Assembly (NCBI RefSeq): GCF_004010195.1
Contig: NC_057720.1
Coordinates: forward strand, 30,376,927 to 30,440,926
Direction: 5' to 3'
DNA length: 64,000 bases
From: Chiloscyllium plagiosum
Lineage: Eukaryota
Below, in pieces: positions 13,464 through 26,700 of the stretch. Under the pieces are notes generated by a model. It saw only the letters and a program-made list of their open reading frames with translations, was not told where the DNA came from and made no database searches. Every line of letters begins with the position of its first letter. The first letter of the stretch is position 1. Both the position numbers and the translations under genes were made by a program.

Positions 13464-13906
13464 CATAGCTTAACTGATGACAAGAAAGGAACTATTCGTC
13501 AGATTCTTCACGCACACCCAATTCCTCTGCGCCACCACACATGGCCGTCAAAGTGGCTGTGCTGAAGTGACCGTCATTCATCTCCTTCAGGGATGTGCCT
13601 TTGCAAAGAAGGTCTAGAAAGAGGTATTTATCAATGTTTGTCCCAAGCGATGCCATTACACAGAGCTCTGTGCCCAACAGTTGTTCCCTGAGACACGCAC
13701 CAAGATAAACATGAGGACCATCAACTCGGCGATCTCTTTGGTCTGCCTAACATCTGTTGGTCTTCCAATGTAAGGAGATGACTTTGACCAAGAGTTGCAC
13801 ATTGGCACATTCCAATGTCCAGGACTCCATGCCTAGGATTGCATTAAAGCGTGGACATCAAGGTGGAGAGGGGGAAAACATCCATCTAGGGTCTTTCTAC
13901 CCAAGT

Positions 13907-13994
13907 AGGGGATCTGACTCAAATCATTTGAACAGACCGTCTTTCTACCCAAGTAGAAAGAGGGTCTGTTCAAATGATTTGAGTCAGATCCCCT
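13907..13994. repeat. Near-perfect inverted repeat (42-bp stem, 4-nt loop)
   Basis: Arms 13907-13948 and 13953-13994 with one mismatch (13939/13962). Confidence 0.95.
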
Positions 13995-14045
13995 TGTTGC
14001 CTTAAAGTGAACATAAATAGTTTCCTGCACGAGTCAAAAATGCCT

Positions 14046-14051
14046 TTTATT
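14046..14051 (-). terminator. Candidate proximal polyadenylation signal for DHCR24
   Basis: tttatt on + = AATAAA on -, about 550 nt past the stop. Confidence 0.35.
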
Positions 14052-14600
14052 TGCAAATGTAGAGGAGCTCCGAGAAATGACAAAGTTCCAGTCGTTTTTG
14101 TATTTTTCACTGCAACGACTGTATAGGTATGATTTAGAACCTTTGTATGCACTTATACTTTTTTCAAAAAAAAAATCATCTATTTTTTAAATTAAAAAAA
14201 AACTGAGGGGGACATCCTGGAGATACACTTGCTCACCAGCAGTGCATTGAGCTAATTAGGGAACTTGATTTTTAAAAGTGTTGCTCTTGAAGCTACACAA
14301 AACAAAAGAAAGAATTGAAGTATGTACGAAACCTGGTTTTCACAAACAATTTGCCAAAATCTATTCCCCAGACTATTTTGATGGTATACCACTGGATCAC
14401 TACAGAACGGAATCTCAGTCACTTTAAGTTAAGCAAAAGATACAGCCGCAGAAAAGGATTCGTGATTAAATAAAAAACATTCTTTCGGTTAGAAAAATGT
14501 CCTGAATCCACTTTTAAGTATGTGAGACATGAACTGAACTCTACAAGCCGAAATAGAAATCAGCTAATGAATGTTACATAAAGTTCCTCCACCAAATTTC

Positions 14601-14754
14601 TCAGTGTCTCGCAGCCTTGCAGATCTTGTCATAAACCTCAGGGAATGCATCTTTGGAATTCAGCTGCTCCCTCAGCTTGTGGTACAAAGAGCCATCAAAC
14701 ATCTCCCAGAATTCTTCTCGGGTCAAATAGCAATCAGCGTACAACATCTGAAAA
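14601..14754 (-). CDS. DHCR24: DHCR24 coding exon 9 (last, with stop)
   Basis: ttcctgtcag acceptor, [53 protein letters not shown]. Confidence 0.97.
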
Positions 14755-17700
14755 CTGACAGGAAGAGAAAACCAAAACATCGTTTAACCTTTCAAAATGT
14801 ACATTTTCAGGGAATTTCCTGCTTATGATTTACCAAATTTGTGCTTCTCACACAAAGAAAATGGAATTGTCAAGGTAATTGTAGCAGCAAAATTATCATA
14901 ATCTTAAGTATAAAGTCAAAGATACCAAATCTGAATCGGTATTCATTCCTGTCTTCAGTAATCAATAAAAGTGGAACAGAAAGAGCAGAGCCAATACTAT
15001 TCAATCAATCCCAGCTACAGACTGCATAAGCATAGGAATAAGTTTACTCTGTGGTCAACTGGTTTATCAACAGGCAAAAGCAAGGAACAGGGCAGGACTA
15101 AACATATCTGTTCAAGTGGTCAGATGTTCAGTCTGTATTACTAACACTATTTGTTGGCTGCGAGTATGATTAGATTAGATTACTTACAGTGTGGAAACAA
15201 GCCCTTCGGCCCAACAAGTCCACACCGACCCGCCGAAGCATATACCACCCAGACCCATACTCCTACATTTACCCCTTCAGGTAACACTACGGGCAATTTA
15301 GCATGGCCAATTCACCTAACCTGCACATTTCGGGTCTCTGGCGCTGTGAGGCAGCAGTGCTAACCACTGTGCCACCGTGCCGCCCACTATGTTTTGGCTA
15401 TGAGGGTGATGACAGGAGAGAAGGGGAAGAGACAGAGACTACATGCATCTGACAACATTTAAAAGTGATCCACACCTTGAAAAGAGCAAGTGCATTCTTA
15501 GTAGAGAAGAGACTCCCAAGTTCTTATGTTCTGTTATACTTGCCCTGGTCCAGATAAATGGACAGGAAGCAGGAGCTCCTGTTTCCCTGACTCCATGGAG
15601 GGGGCAACAAGTCACCCAACCATTCCAACAATACCTCCATCAACAGTGTTCACTGTGAGGGTCAATGAAAGGTGCTTAGCTCACAGAACATGTCTGCAAT
15701 ACTGAACAAATCTGCACAGTTGTTAAGGTAAAAATCGTTACGTCAATGAACTCTTTCCTGTGTCTGCAGCCATATTCAACAGACACCTACTACCTTTCAT
15801 TCTCCTACAAGGGAGGCAGTGGTGTCGCGGCAATGTCACTAGAGTAGCAATCCAGAACTCCAGTCCAATGTCTGGAGACATGGATTCAAATATAAATGGT
15901 TACTTGGTTGCCATTAGCAACAATGTCCACATGTGTAAAAACAAATTTGGAGGGAAGGCATTCTGCTGTTATTATCTGGGCTGGTTTGCATGTGACTCTG
16001 GACCCACGTCAATATGGCTGACTCTTAACTGCCCCTGGGCCTGGCCACCAATGCCGACATCCAGTGAGCAAATAATAAAAAAAGCAGAGTCTAGGAGCAC
16101 AGCAGGTCAAGCACATCAGGTTAGCTCCTGAAGGGCTTTTGCCAGAAACGCCAATTTTCCTGTTCCTCGAATGATGTTTGGCCTGCTGTGCTTTGCCAGC
16201 ACCACTCTAATCTAGGCTTTGATTTCCAACATCTGCAGTCCTCACTTTTGCTTAATTAAAAAAAAAGCACCCCATTTCAAACTTTGAACAAAAATAATTG
16301 CCACACAATTGTAATCAACAGTGCTACACAGCTGCACGACATAATGATGATGGCCACACTCTCGAAATAGTTCCCATTGCTAGCAATAACACATTCTCCT
16401 CTCAAGTCAAAAACACATGTAAGATGTCACAGATTGTGACTGGAGAACAGAGATTTTGCCTGCATCTTTTTCTTCCCACACTGAAGAGAATGTGCCTTCC
16501 ATTTTCAAGCAGGAGTCAAGTTGTGGCAGTGACAAATGGCAATGATTGCAGATGTCAGTTGCAGCATTTGTACACATTTTAACCTCGTGCTTCTTATCCA
16601 TCTCATTCAAGGTGAGAAATTACAGCTCTTTTTAATAAGCATTCATATATCTCTCTCTCTCTCTCTCTCTCTCTGTGTTCACACTAAAACGTAACCCACA
16701 TTCATTGATACAAAGTCTCCATTCCAAGATCTTCTTGCTCTCTCCCATCTGAAGAATACAAGAAACACAAGCAGAAGTAGGTCATTCAGCCCCTCAATCC
16801 TGCCATACCAGTCTATAGCATCGGGGATGATCTGTCCTAGGCCTCAATTCCTCTTCCATGTCAATTCCTCAGAGCCTTCAACTCCTCCATATTAAAAAAA
16901 AACAAATCCTCTTTTAATGCTTTTTATCTTTTATTTATAAATGATCTAGCTTCCACAGCTCTCTAGCATCCAAATCACACTAATTCATTAACCCATGTGG
17001 GAGGAAATTACCTTGTGTCTCAGTTTTAGAATAAATCCCTTTATTCAGTAATTATGTCCCCAGTTCAAAATTCCCCCACTAGCATTTCCTTTACATTTAC
17101 CCTATCAAGACTGCTAGAATATTTTGTGTATCAATAAAATCACTCCTCGTGCATCTAGTCGGTAATGAATGAAGATCTAACCTGTAGCCATTTTTGATAA
17201 GTCAACTCCTTCATTCTAGGATTCAGCCAATGAATCTCTGAATAGCCTCTAATGCCACTGTATCTTTTCTTAAATACGGGGATCAAAACTGTATACAGTA
17301 CTGTAGTAATTGTAATGAGGTCAGCCTGCTGGACATCACAGAATAGGAGTTCCCTGATTGGGCCAGATTAACACCCCCAATCAGGGAGTCCTGGCTGACA
17401 GATAAAAAGAGGAGTGCTGACTCTGATGGGACTGGGCCAAAGTCAAGGACTTTCCACGTGTAAATAAAGGGTGACTTGGTGACAGGATATTTGCCTCTGT
17501 GGAGTTATTTCAAATACCTCAAATGTGACTTCATCAACACCCTGTACAGTTATAACAAACCTCCCTATTTTTAAACTCCAACCCATTAGGAATAATGGCC
17601 AAAATCCATTTGCCTTCTTAATTACTTGATGCAGCTGCGTGCTAACCTTTTGTGTTTCATGCACAAGAAAATCCAGATCCATCTGGACTGCAGGTTTTGT

Positions 17701-20700
17701 AGTCTCTCTCCATTTAAATAATAGTGTACCTGTTGATTCTTCTGACCTCTCACCAAGTGCATGACCTCATACTTTCTTATATTGTCCCATCTTCTCTTCC
17801 TTGCTGCTCCCTCTCCTGCTGGAAGACAGCTTTACTAAACCAACTCTAAATGGATTAAGCTCTTTCTAATGTAAATAAAAGCAGTCTAAACTCAGTACAA
17901 AGTTGTTAGCAATACTCAAATTATTGGTGTAATATAGAATATGCCCATTAAAAAGAGAGTTAGGTTAACTTTCAGCCTTAAAGGACAGCCCCAAAACTAA
18001 TCTATATGGAGAAGACAAGCACTTAAAATAGCATTCCTGGAGGTTTTGGTTTTGCCATTCCTGGGCAGATTCCTCACTGGGATACTGGGGCAATCTATGA
18101 TTACAAAAGGTCCTGATACCACTGTTGAGTCCTTACGTTATTAAACAAATGCCCAGGGTGGCTATAGAGGAGACCAATCAAAAACAGCAGGTAGCATAGT
18201 TCCAAGACAGGACATTAAATGTATAATTTTATGAATGAAAACAGGAATAGCACAATCAAATTTCTAGACTCAAATGGTATACAAAAGATTTTCAGTGGGC
18301 AGTTTAGAAATATGAAGCTCAATGTGGGCACTGCTTCCAAAACAGAAAATCACCAGTAAACAATTTGCACTTAGTTTTGAAGGGTTACTGAACCTGAAAT
18401 GTTAACTCTGCTTTCTCTCTGCCAGACCTGCTGTGTTTTTCCAGGATTTTTGATTTTGTTTCTGATTTCCAACATCCACAGTTTTTTATTAAATAAACAG
18501 TATTTATCTATGAAACAGTCCTCTGAAAACACACATATACTTACTAAATTTATTCACTTCCAGCCTTTTCGAGCATTAACCTCTGGCATTACTCACCTGT
18601 GTGAATTGCGCAAAAATTTCTCCAGCTGTCGTGTTGATGCCATGGCTTCAAACTGCTTGGCTCTAGGTTCTCCATAAGCTCCAACATCTGCATACAGTTC
18701 AGGCTCATCACCCTTTGGGTGAACCATACCTGGTAAGCTGGGTAAGTTGAAGGGACACAGCCAAAGTGGGTAAACCTGCAGAAATCAGGCAAAAAGAAGC
18801 AATACAATATTGTTGTTGACAAAGCATTAAAAGAAAATATAAAATACCTTCTCCATGGTGTTATATTATGGGCACACAAATGCTAGGTTTCATGTATTTT
18901 ATTTTTCCAATAAGAAACTTGCCAAAACTTTATGACCACAGCTGGTGATAATACTGGACATGTTAGATCCCACAATGAAACTTGTTGACAGATTCTAAAT
19001 TTAATTTTTGCAATAGGATACTGTGGTGATTAGACATTGAATGTATCCATACAAAGCTGCAAATAATCTTTAACAAAAGAATACAAGTTCATTATGCAAA
19101 AGAAAAAAAAAATTATGATTACAGATCTTTCTGCTATATTGCACGTTTCGTTAGCATGATTTGGCTACAATGCAATTGTGAAATTGTGGACGTTGTTTGG
19201 ATAACACAAATTTTCTACTGAATGGGTGTAACTGTTTACTATTAGCAATCTTCTACAGTGCCATTTTTTATAGCAGTCTTCCACAGCACGTTTTTCTACA
19301 GCACAAGGTTGCAGAGGAACACAACTGTAGCATTATAGCAGAATGAGCTGTACATACATATACACATATTCAGATAGGATTTTAGAAAGATCTTAATGCA
19401 AAACAACAAAACAAAGTTTCAACTTGTTTCCCAACAGTATCCTTTTCAGTTATTTAATCCCAGAAATAAATGCCTCTTATTTCAACTCTAATTTCTTACT
19501 TAACTGCTTAGATTAGATTAGATTACAGTGTGGAAACAGGCCCTTCGGCCCAACAAGTCCACACCGACCCGCCGAAGCGAAACCCACCCATACCCCTACA
19601 TTTACCCCTTACCTAACACTACGGGCAATTTAGCATGGCCAATTCACCTGACCTGCACATCTTTGGATGGTGGGAGGAAACCGGAGCACCCGGAGGAAAC
19701 CCACACAGATACGGGGAGAACGTGCAAACTCCACACAGTCAGTCGCCTGAGGCGGGAATTGAACCCGGGTCTCTGGCGCTGTGAGGCAGCAGTGCTAACC
19801 ACTGTGCCACCGTGCCGCTTACTTTCAGGTTTCCTAGGAATGCTGAGATGTTGTTACAAACTGCTACAGTTCAGTGAGCTGAGACATTCTTTTAGTTCTA
19901 ACAAATTGAAAAAACCTATATGAACTCTCACAATTTGAGAGACAAAACACACTGTTACCCTTCTGCTAGGTTGATTGTTATCTGAACTGAAGACTTGATT
20001 CTTCTGAAATGATTACAAAAACTAAATCAGTGATCTGTGCAGGTCATAAAACTCAACAATATAAATAACTAATCAAATAACACAAGTATCCTGCTAGGTA
20101 CTTAACTGAATCACATGCTTTCTTAGAAATAATACATTTAGATCACTGTCCTAAATGACTTTCGGAGCTCCAGAACCAATGTCTATCTGCCTCTAATAAT
20201 AATATACACCTTTATAGCATCAGCAAATTCCCAGAGTTATAAAGCAGTTAATTTACTTTAAATGTACTATTGAGAACATAAACATGAAATTATGTTATCC
20301 ATAGCTCTCACTTCCAATTATCACACTATTGCAGTTTAAAGTTGCCCAGCAGTTGACTAGTCTGAAAAAGTTCGGGACCGAGACTTTTCCTTGTGGTTTT
20401 GTCCAATTATACAGACATCTGCTGGGATCTAACAATGCGAAATGTACAAAAAGCTATCGACGAGTAGCATTATAACATCCAACTGTCAATTATGAGCAAA
20501 ATAATGAAATTTATTTGATACTATTGACAACTTACCTTTCATTACCTTCCCCTTGACATTCATGATTTGGAGATGCCAGTGTTGGACTGGGGTGTACCCA
20601 ACTGTCAATTATGAGCAAAATAATGAAATTTATTTGATACTATTGACAACTTACCTTTCATTACCTTCCCCTTGACATTCATGATTGGAGATGCCGGTGT

Positions 20701-23700
20701 TGGACTGGGGTGTACAAAGTTAAAAATCACACAACACCAGATTATAGTCCAACAGGTTTAATTGGAAGCACACTAGCTTTCGGAGCAATGCTCCTTCATC
20801 AGGTGATATCACTTGATGAAGGAGCGTCGCTCCAAAAGCTAGTGTGCTCCCAATTAAACCTGTTGGACTATAACCTGGTGTTGTGTGATTTTTAACCTTA
20901 ACATTCGGTGACAGTACCACTATCGAATACCATGGCCACAAAGCAGGTCACAGACTGGGAACTCTGACAAGTAAATCATGCCTGACTCCAAATATCTGTC
21001 CATTATCTACAATGAACAAATCAGGATGATGATGAATACTCATCTGGATAAGTACAGCTCCAAAAAATAGTTCAACACCAAGCAAATCAATCACCCAACT
21101 GCGACACATCAACTTAAATATTCATTACCTCCAGCATCAACACACAATGACAACAGTATGGCCCAAATACAAATTGCACTTCTGCTTTTTAAAACTAGTA
21201 TTTATTGCCCATGCCTAATGTGTCTCTCACCACCTTTTGTGAATGAGTTCCAGGATTTTAAACTAATAAAAATGAAGGAATGGTGATATAGTTCTGAGTC
21301 CTTACTGTGTGTATCTTGGAGGGGAATTTGCAGGTTGCAACGTTTCAATGCAACTGCAGCCCTTGTCCTTCTAGATGATATTGGTTACGAATGCTGTCAA
21401 AGGAGCCTTAGTGAGTAACTGCAACGCATCTTATACTGTACATTAGTGGTGAAGAAAGTGAATGTTGCAAGTGGTAATTGAGGTGCTTAGTCCTGGATGA
21501 TGTTATGCTTCTCAAATGTTATTAGAGCTGCATTCATTCAGGTATGCAGTTGGTGCCTTGCAGATATCATAAATATTTTGAGGAGGTAGAAAGTGAGCTA
21601 TTTGCTGCAGATTCCCAGCATTTGACCTGCTCCTGAAGTCATCATATTTGTATGGGTGACCCAGTTCAATTTCTGGTCCATGGCAAATCCAAGCTATTGG
21701 GTGTGTGATTCAGCCATGGTGTCTTGGGCAATGGTTTGATTCTCTTCTTGGAGATGGTCACTGACTGGCACTTATATGGTGCAAACGTTCCTGGTCACGT
21801 ATCAGCCCAAGCCTGAAAGGTATTCAGGTCTTGTTGCATATGGGCATGGATTGCTACAGTATTTAGGGTGTCAGGAGTGATGCAATTGGGGATACACGTT
21901 GAAGATTGCGTTTCTCTGACCTTATAGCAGCTGAAGATGGTTGAGCCCAGGACACTCCTTTGAGGAGTTCCTGCTGCGATGGCCCAGTACTGATAGGATA
22001 AACCTCCAATATCCACAACCATTTTCCTTTTGCTGGTACGATTCTGACCAGTTGAGAGTCCCTGCAGACTGATTCCCATTGATTCCAATTCTGCTGGGCT
22101 CCTTGATACTCTTCTTCAACACCAACATGCAAACCAGCAACTTCTCCCACTATAAGGCAAAGGCCACCTGACTTGGAGCTGTAATCACCATTCCTTCACT
22201 ATCTCTAGGCCTAAATCCAAGAACTCCCAAGCTATTGCAATGTACACACACCTAAATCAACGCCACAGTTCAAGAGGCAGTGCACTACCAGCCTCTCAAA
22301 TGCAATTATAGATAGACAATGAATGTTGTTCTTGTCAGTGGTGGTCACAATTCAGAAACTAAAAAAATAAATCATTACTGATTCTATGTGCTTATTTTTG
22401 CCTTCTTAAAACCAAAACACTAAACTAAAAAAGTATTTAAAAGAAGCATGATGAGCATTACCAGGTACTTAGTTCAATTTAACTGCTGCTTTTGTACTGA
22501 TTCCCATACCTTGATCTCACTGTGGAGAAAGAGAATCAACTTCTCCAGACTCTTCATTGGTACTAACATGTCTTGGACCACATGGTGCTGCTCGTATAGC
22601 TTACGGATTGTTTCTCCTTGCGTTAGTTTTAGCAATGAAATCTTTGGAGGGACCATCCAGCCGAAAATATAGCGGAAGAGTGGATTATTGCCAAATGGAA
22701 TGATATCCTTAAGTTGAAAAGGGGTTGGATATAAAATATTAGTGTCATAAGCATTTGCTGCACTTTTATACTAGAAACGTGTGACTAAGTTATTACTTCT
22801 GAGTCTTTGACAAATGTCCCAAAAGTTTTGGTTTGTCTCTCGATTTAATAGATCGAATACATGTGAAACTTTACGTACTTATCAAATATTAGTTGAAAAG
22901 TGTGGTGCTGGAAAAGCACAGCAGCTCAGCCAGCATCCGAGGAGCAAGAAAAGTGACGTTTCGGGCATGAGCCCTTCATCAGGTGTATGCCCAAAATGTC
23001 GATTCTTCTGCTCCTCGGATGCTGTCGGACTTGTTGAGTTTTACCAGCACCACACTTTTCAACTCTGATCTCCAGCATCTGCAGTTCTTACTTTCTCCTT
23101 ATCAAATATTATACATCCAAAGGTGGCACTTCATATTTAATAGCATAAAATGCAGAACAAGCACATTGTCATTAAATAATTCATTTAGTGCGTTTACATC
23201 AAAATTATTCCACATACATTAAAAAAAAGGCAAATACTTGAAATTGCAGAAGCAGCAAATGTTGAAAATACATAACAGAACCATTATCATCTGACAAAAG
23301 ATGTCAGGCTCCCATTTTGGATGCCAGACCTTCATTAGAAGGGACAAAGTTCCTGTATTGTCAATTTCTGGGAAGTTATTTATGCTTTCCTTTTTTCCCT
23401 CCTTTATTAAATACATTAGTTTGGAGGCACAGCAAATTAAAGGTAACAATGAATTTTGCCAATATAGATTTGATTTTGCCACAATACATTGACACTGAAC
23501 AATTTATTGGAGATCTTTGTATTTTACAACATGCTCATCGTTATTCACAGTTAGAACGTTTAGCCTGGTGGATTCCTTAGAGATTAGAAATAGAATTGTA
23601 TATGGTTTGTAGGAAAACAAACTGACTTGAAATTCACAAGATTTCAAACTTGAAATTCAGTAGTTTAATTGACCTATAGGTTAGCTTTAACAGCTTGTAT

Positions 23701-26700
23701 GCAGATCAGTTAACTTCAATAAGACAATGGCAATGGTTGTGGTCAGAGTCTAATTTCAACGTAAAACAACAAGAAAGTAAGATCATACTTTTAAAACCAG
23801 AAGTTGGAGTTAGAATATACTTTGGAATCCTGCTCCTTCCTTTCCTTTCAGAGTCTCTAATATGTACAGTTCACAAAATAAAATATTAAGTTACAACACA
23901 TGCTTACAATTACTTGCCATTAATTAATATCATTTCGAATTTTCCTATTATATAATTTGTTAAATCATTTCTAAATACCAGTTAAATAATTTAATGGTTA
24001 AGAGAAGAACTGAATTAATCATAAAATCGCTGCTTTCAAATGAATCCTTTGATGAGGCTATAATTCATTCCTCAATTATACAAAATGAGTGAATTACACC
24101 CAGATTAAACTACCAGCTGCACAGTACGTATAGCTAATGCTCCTTGGCAACTTTAAAATAAAGTTTGGAATTTAAAGTCTATGACATAGGAATCATGATA
24201 TATCAGCTTTAAAAATCCTATGGCTGTGAAATAATGAACAAATATTGATTGGAACCTCCTTCGAGCAGATGGTTTTGAAGGAGCTGTTTTTGTAAGGTGT
24301 GTTCAGGAGGGTTTCCTAACTCAGTACGTTGACAGGCAAACGAGGGGAGAGGCCATTTTGGATTTGGTGCTCAGCAATGAGCCAGGGCAGGTGTTAGATC
24401 TTGCGGTGGGAGAACACTTTGATGATAGTGACCACAACTGCCTCACATTCTACATAGCTATGGAGAAGGAGAGAAGCAGGCACAATGGGAGGATATTTAA
24501 TTGGGGAAAAGGAAACTATGATGTTATCAGACGTGTGTTGGGAAGCATGGACTGGGAGCAATTGTTCCATGGATAGGGCACTATAGACATGTGGAGACTG
24601 TTTAAGGAACAGTTGTTGCGAGTGATGCATGAATGCGTTCCTCTGAGAGGGGCAAGAAGGGGTAAGATAAAGGAACCTTGGATGACGAGAGCGGAGGAGC
24701 TTCTCGTCAAAAGAAAGAAGGCAGCTTACGTAAGGTGGAGGAAGCAAGGGTCTTGCTCAGGTCTAGAGGATTACAGGCAGGCGAGGAAGGAGCTCAAAAA
24801 TGGTCTGAGGAGAGCCAGGAGGGGGCACAATAAAGGCTTGGCAGGTAGGATTATGGAGAATCCAAAGGCATTTTACACGTATGTGAGTAGTAAGAGAATG
24901 ATCAAAGAAAGAGTAGGGCCGATCAGGGATAGCATAGGGAACTTGTGTATAGAGTCTGAGGAGATAGGGGAAGCCCTAAATGAGTTTTTTTTTACTAAAG
25001 AAAAGGACCTTGTAGTGAATTAAATCATTGAGGAGCAGGTAAGCATGCTGGAACGGATAGAGATTAAGGAAGCTGATGTGCTGAAAATTTTGTCAAACAT
25101 TAAGATTGACAAGTCGCTAGGGCCAGACCAGATTTGTCCTCGGCTGCTTTGGGAAGCGAGAAATGTGATTGCTTCGCCGCTTGCGAAGATCTTTGCAACC
25201 TCGCTCTCTACCGGAGTCATACCTGAGGACTGGAGGGAGGAAAATGCAATTCCTCTCTTCAAGAAAGGAAATAGGGAAATCCCTGGCAATTTCAGACCAG
25301 TCAGTCTCACGTCTGTCGTCTGCAAGGTGTTAGAAAGGATTCTGAGGGATAGGATTTATGACCATCTGGAAGAGCATGGCTTGATTAAATGCAGTCAGTA
25401 CAGTTTTGTGAGGGGCAGGTCATGCCTCACAAATCTTTTTGAGTTCTTTGAGGATGTTACTAGACAAGTTGATGAGGATTGAGCTGTGGATGTGGTGTAT
25501 TTGGACTTCAGCAAGGCATTTGTGAAGGTTCCCCATGGTAGGCTCATTCAGAAGGTCAGGAGGAATGAGAGAAAGGGAAATTTAGCTGTCTGGATAGAGA
25601 ATTGGCTGGTTGACAGAAGACAGCGAGTGGTAGTGGAAGGAAAGTATTCTGCCTGGAAGTCAGTGGTGAGTGGTGTTCCACAGGGCTCTGTCCTTGGGCC
25701 TCTACTGTTTGTAATTTTTATTAATGACTTGGATGAGGAGATTGAAGGATGGGTTAGCAAGTCTGCAGACGACACAAAGGTTGGAGGTGTCGTTGACAGT
25801 ATAGAGGACTGTTGTAGGCTGCAGCGGGACATTGACAGGATGCAGAGATGGGCTGAGAGGTGGCAGATGGAGTTCAACCTGGATAAATGTGAAGTGATGC
25901 ATTTTGGAAGGTTGAACTTGAAAGTTGAGTACAGGATTAAAGACAGGATTCTTGGCAGTGTGGAGGAATGACGGGATCTTGGTGTGCAGGTACATAGATC
26001 CCTTAAAATTGCCACCCAAGTGGACAGGGTTGTTAAGAAAGCATATGGTATTTTGGCTTTCATCAACAGGGGGATTGAGTTTAAGAGCCGTGAGATCTTG
26101 TGGCAGCTCTATAAAACTTTGGTTGGACCGCACTTGGAATACTGTGTCCAGTTCTGGTCGCCCTATTATAGGAAAAATGTGGATGCTTTGGAGAGGGTTC
26201 AGAGGAGGTTTACCAGTATGCTGCCTGGAATGGAGGGCTTACTTTACGAAGAGAGGTTGACTAAACTCGAACTTTTATCATTGGAAAAAAGGAAGAGAGG
26301 GGACCTAATTGAGATGTACAAGATAATGAGAGGCATAGATAGAGTTTATAGCCAGAGACTTTTTCCCAGGGCAGAAATTGTTAACACGAGGGGTCATAGT
26401 TTTAAGCTGTTTGGCGGAAAGTATAGAGGGAATGTCAGAGGCGTGTTCTTTACGCAGAGAGTTGAGACACCATGGAATGCATTGCCAGCAGCAGTTGTGG
26501 AAGCGAGGTCATCGGGGATATTCAAGAGACTGCTGGACATGCATATGGTCACAGAAATTTGAGGGTTCGTACATTAGGTTTACCTTACATGAGGATAAAT
26601 GGTCGGCACAACATCGTGGGCTGAAGGGCCTGTTCTGTGCTGTACTGTTCTATGTTCTAAATACTCTTTATTCAAGTTTAGAAAATACAGAGGGAGAGCT

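Noticed and set aside
14745..14754. Alternative CAG acceptor 7 nt inside exon 9
   Set aside because: It would shift the frame. The upstream CAG restores the conserved FQMLYAD.
20710..20941. Near-identical ORFs on both strands (VKNHTTP...)
   Set aside because: A consequence of the palindromic element, not coding.
25548..26133. Long minus-strand ORFs
   Set aside because: Antisense shadows of CR1 ORF2.
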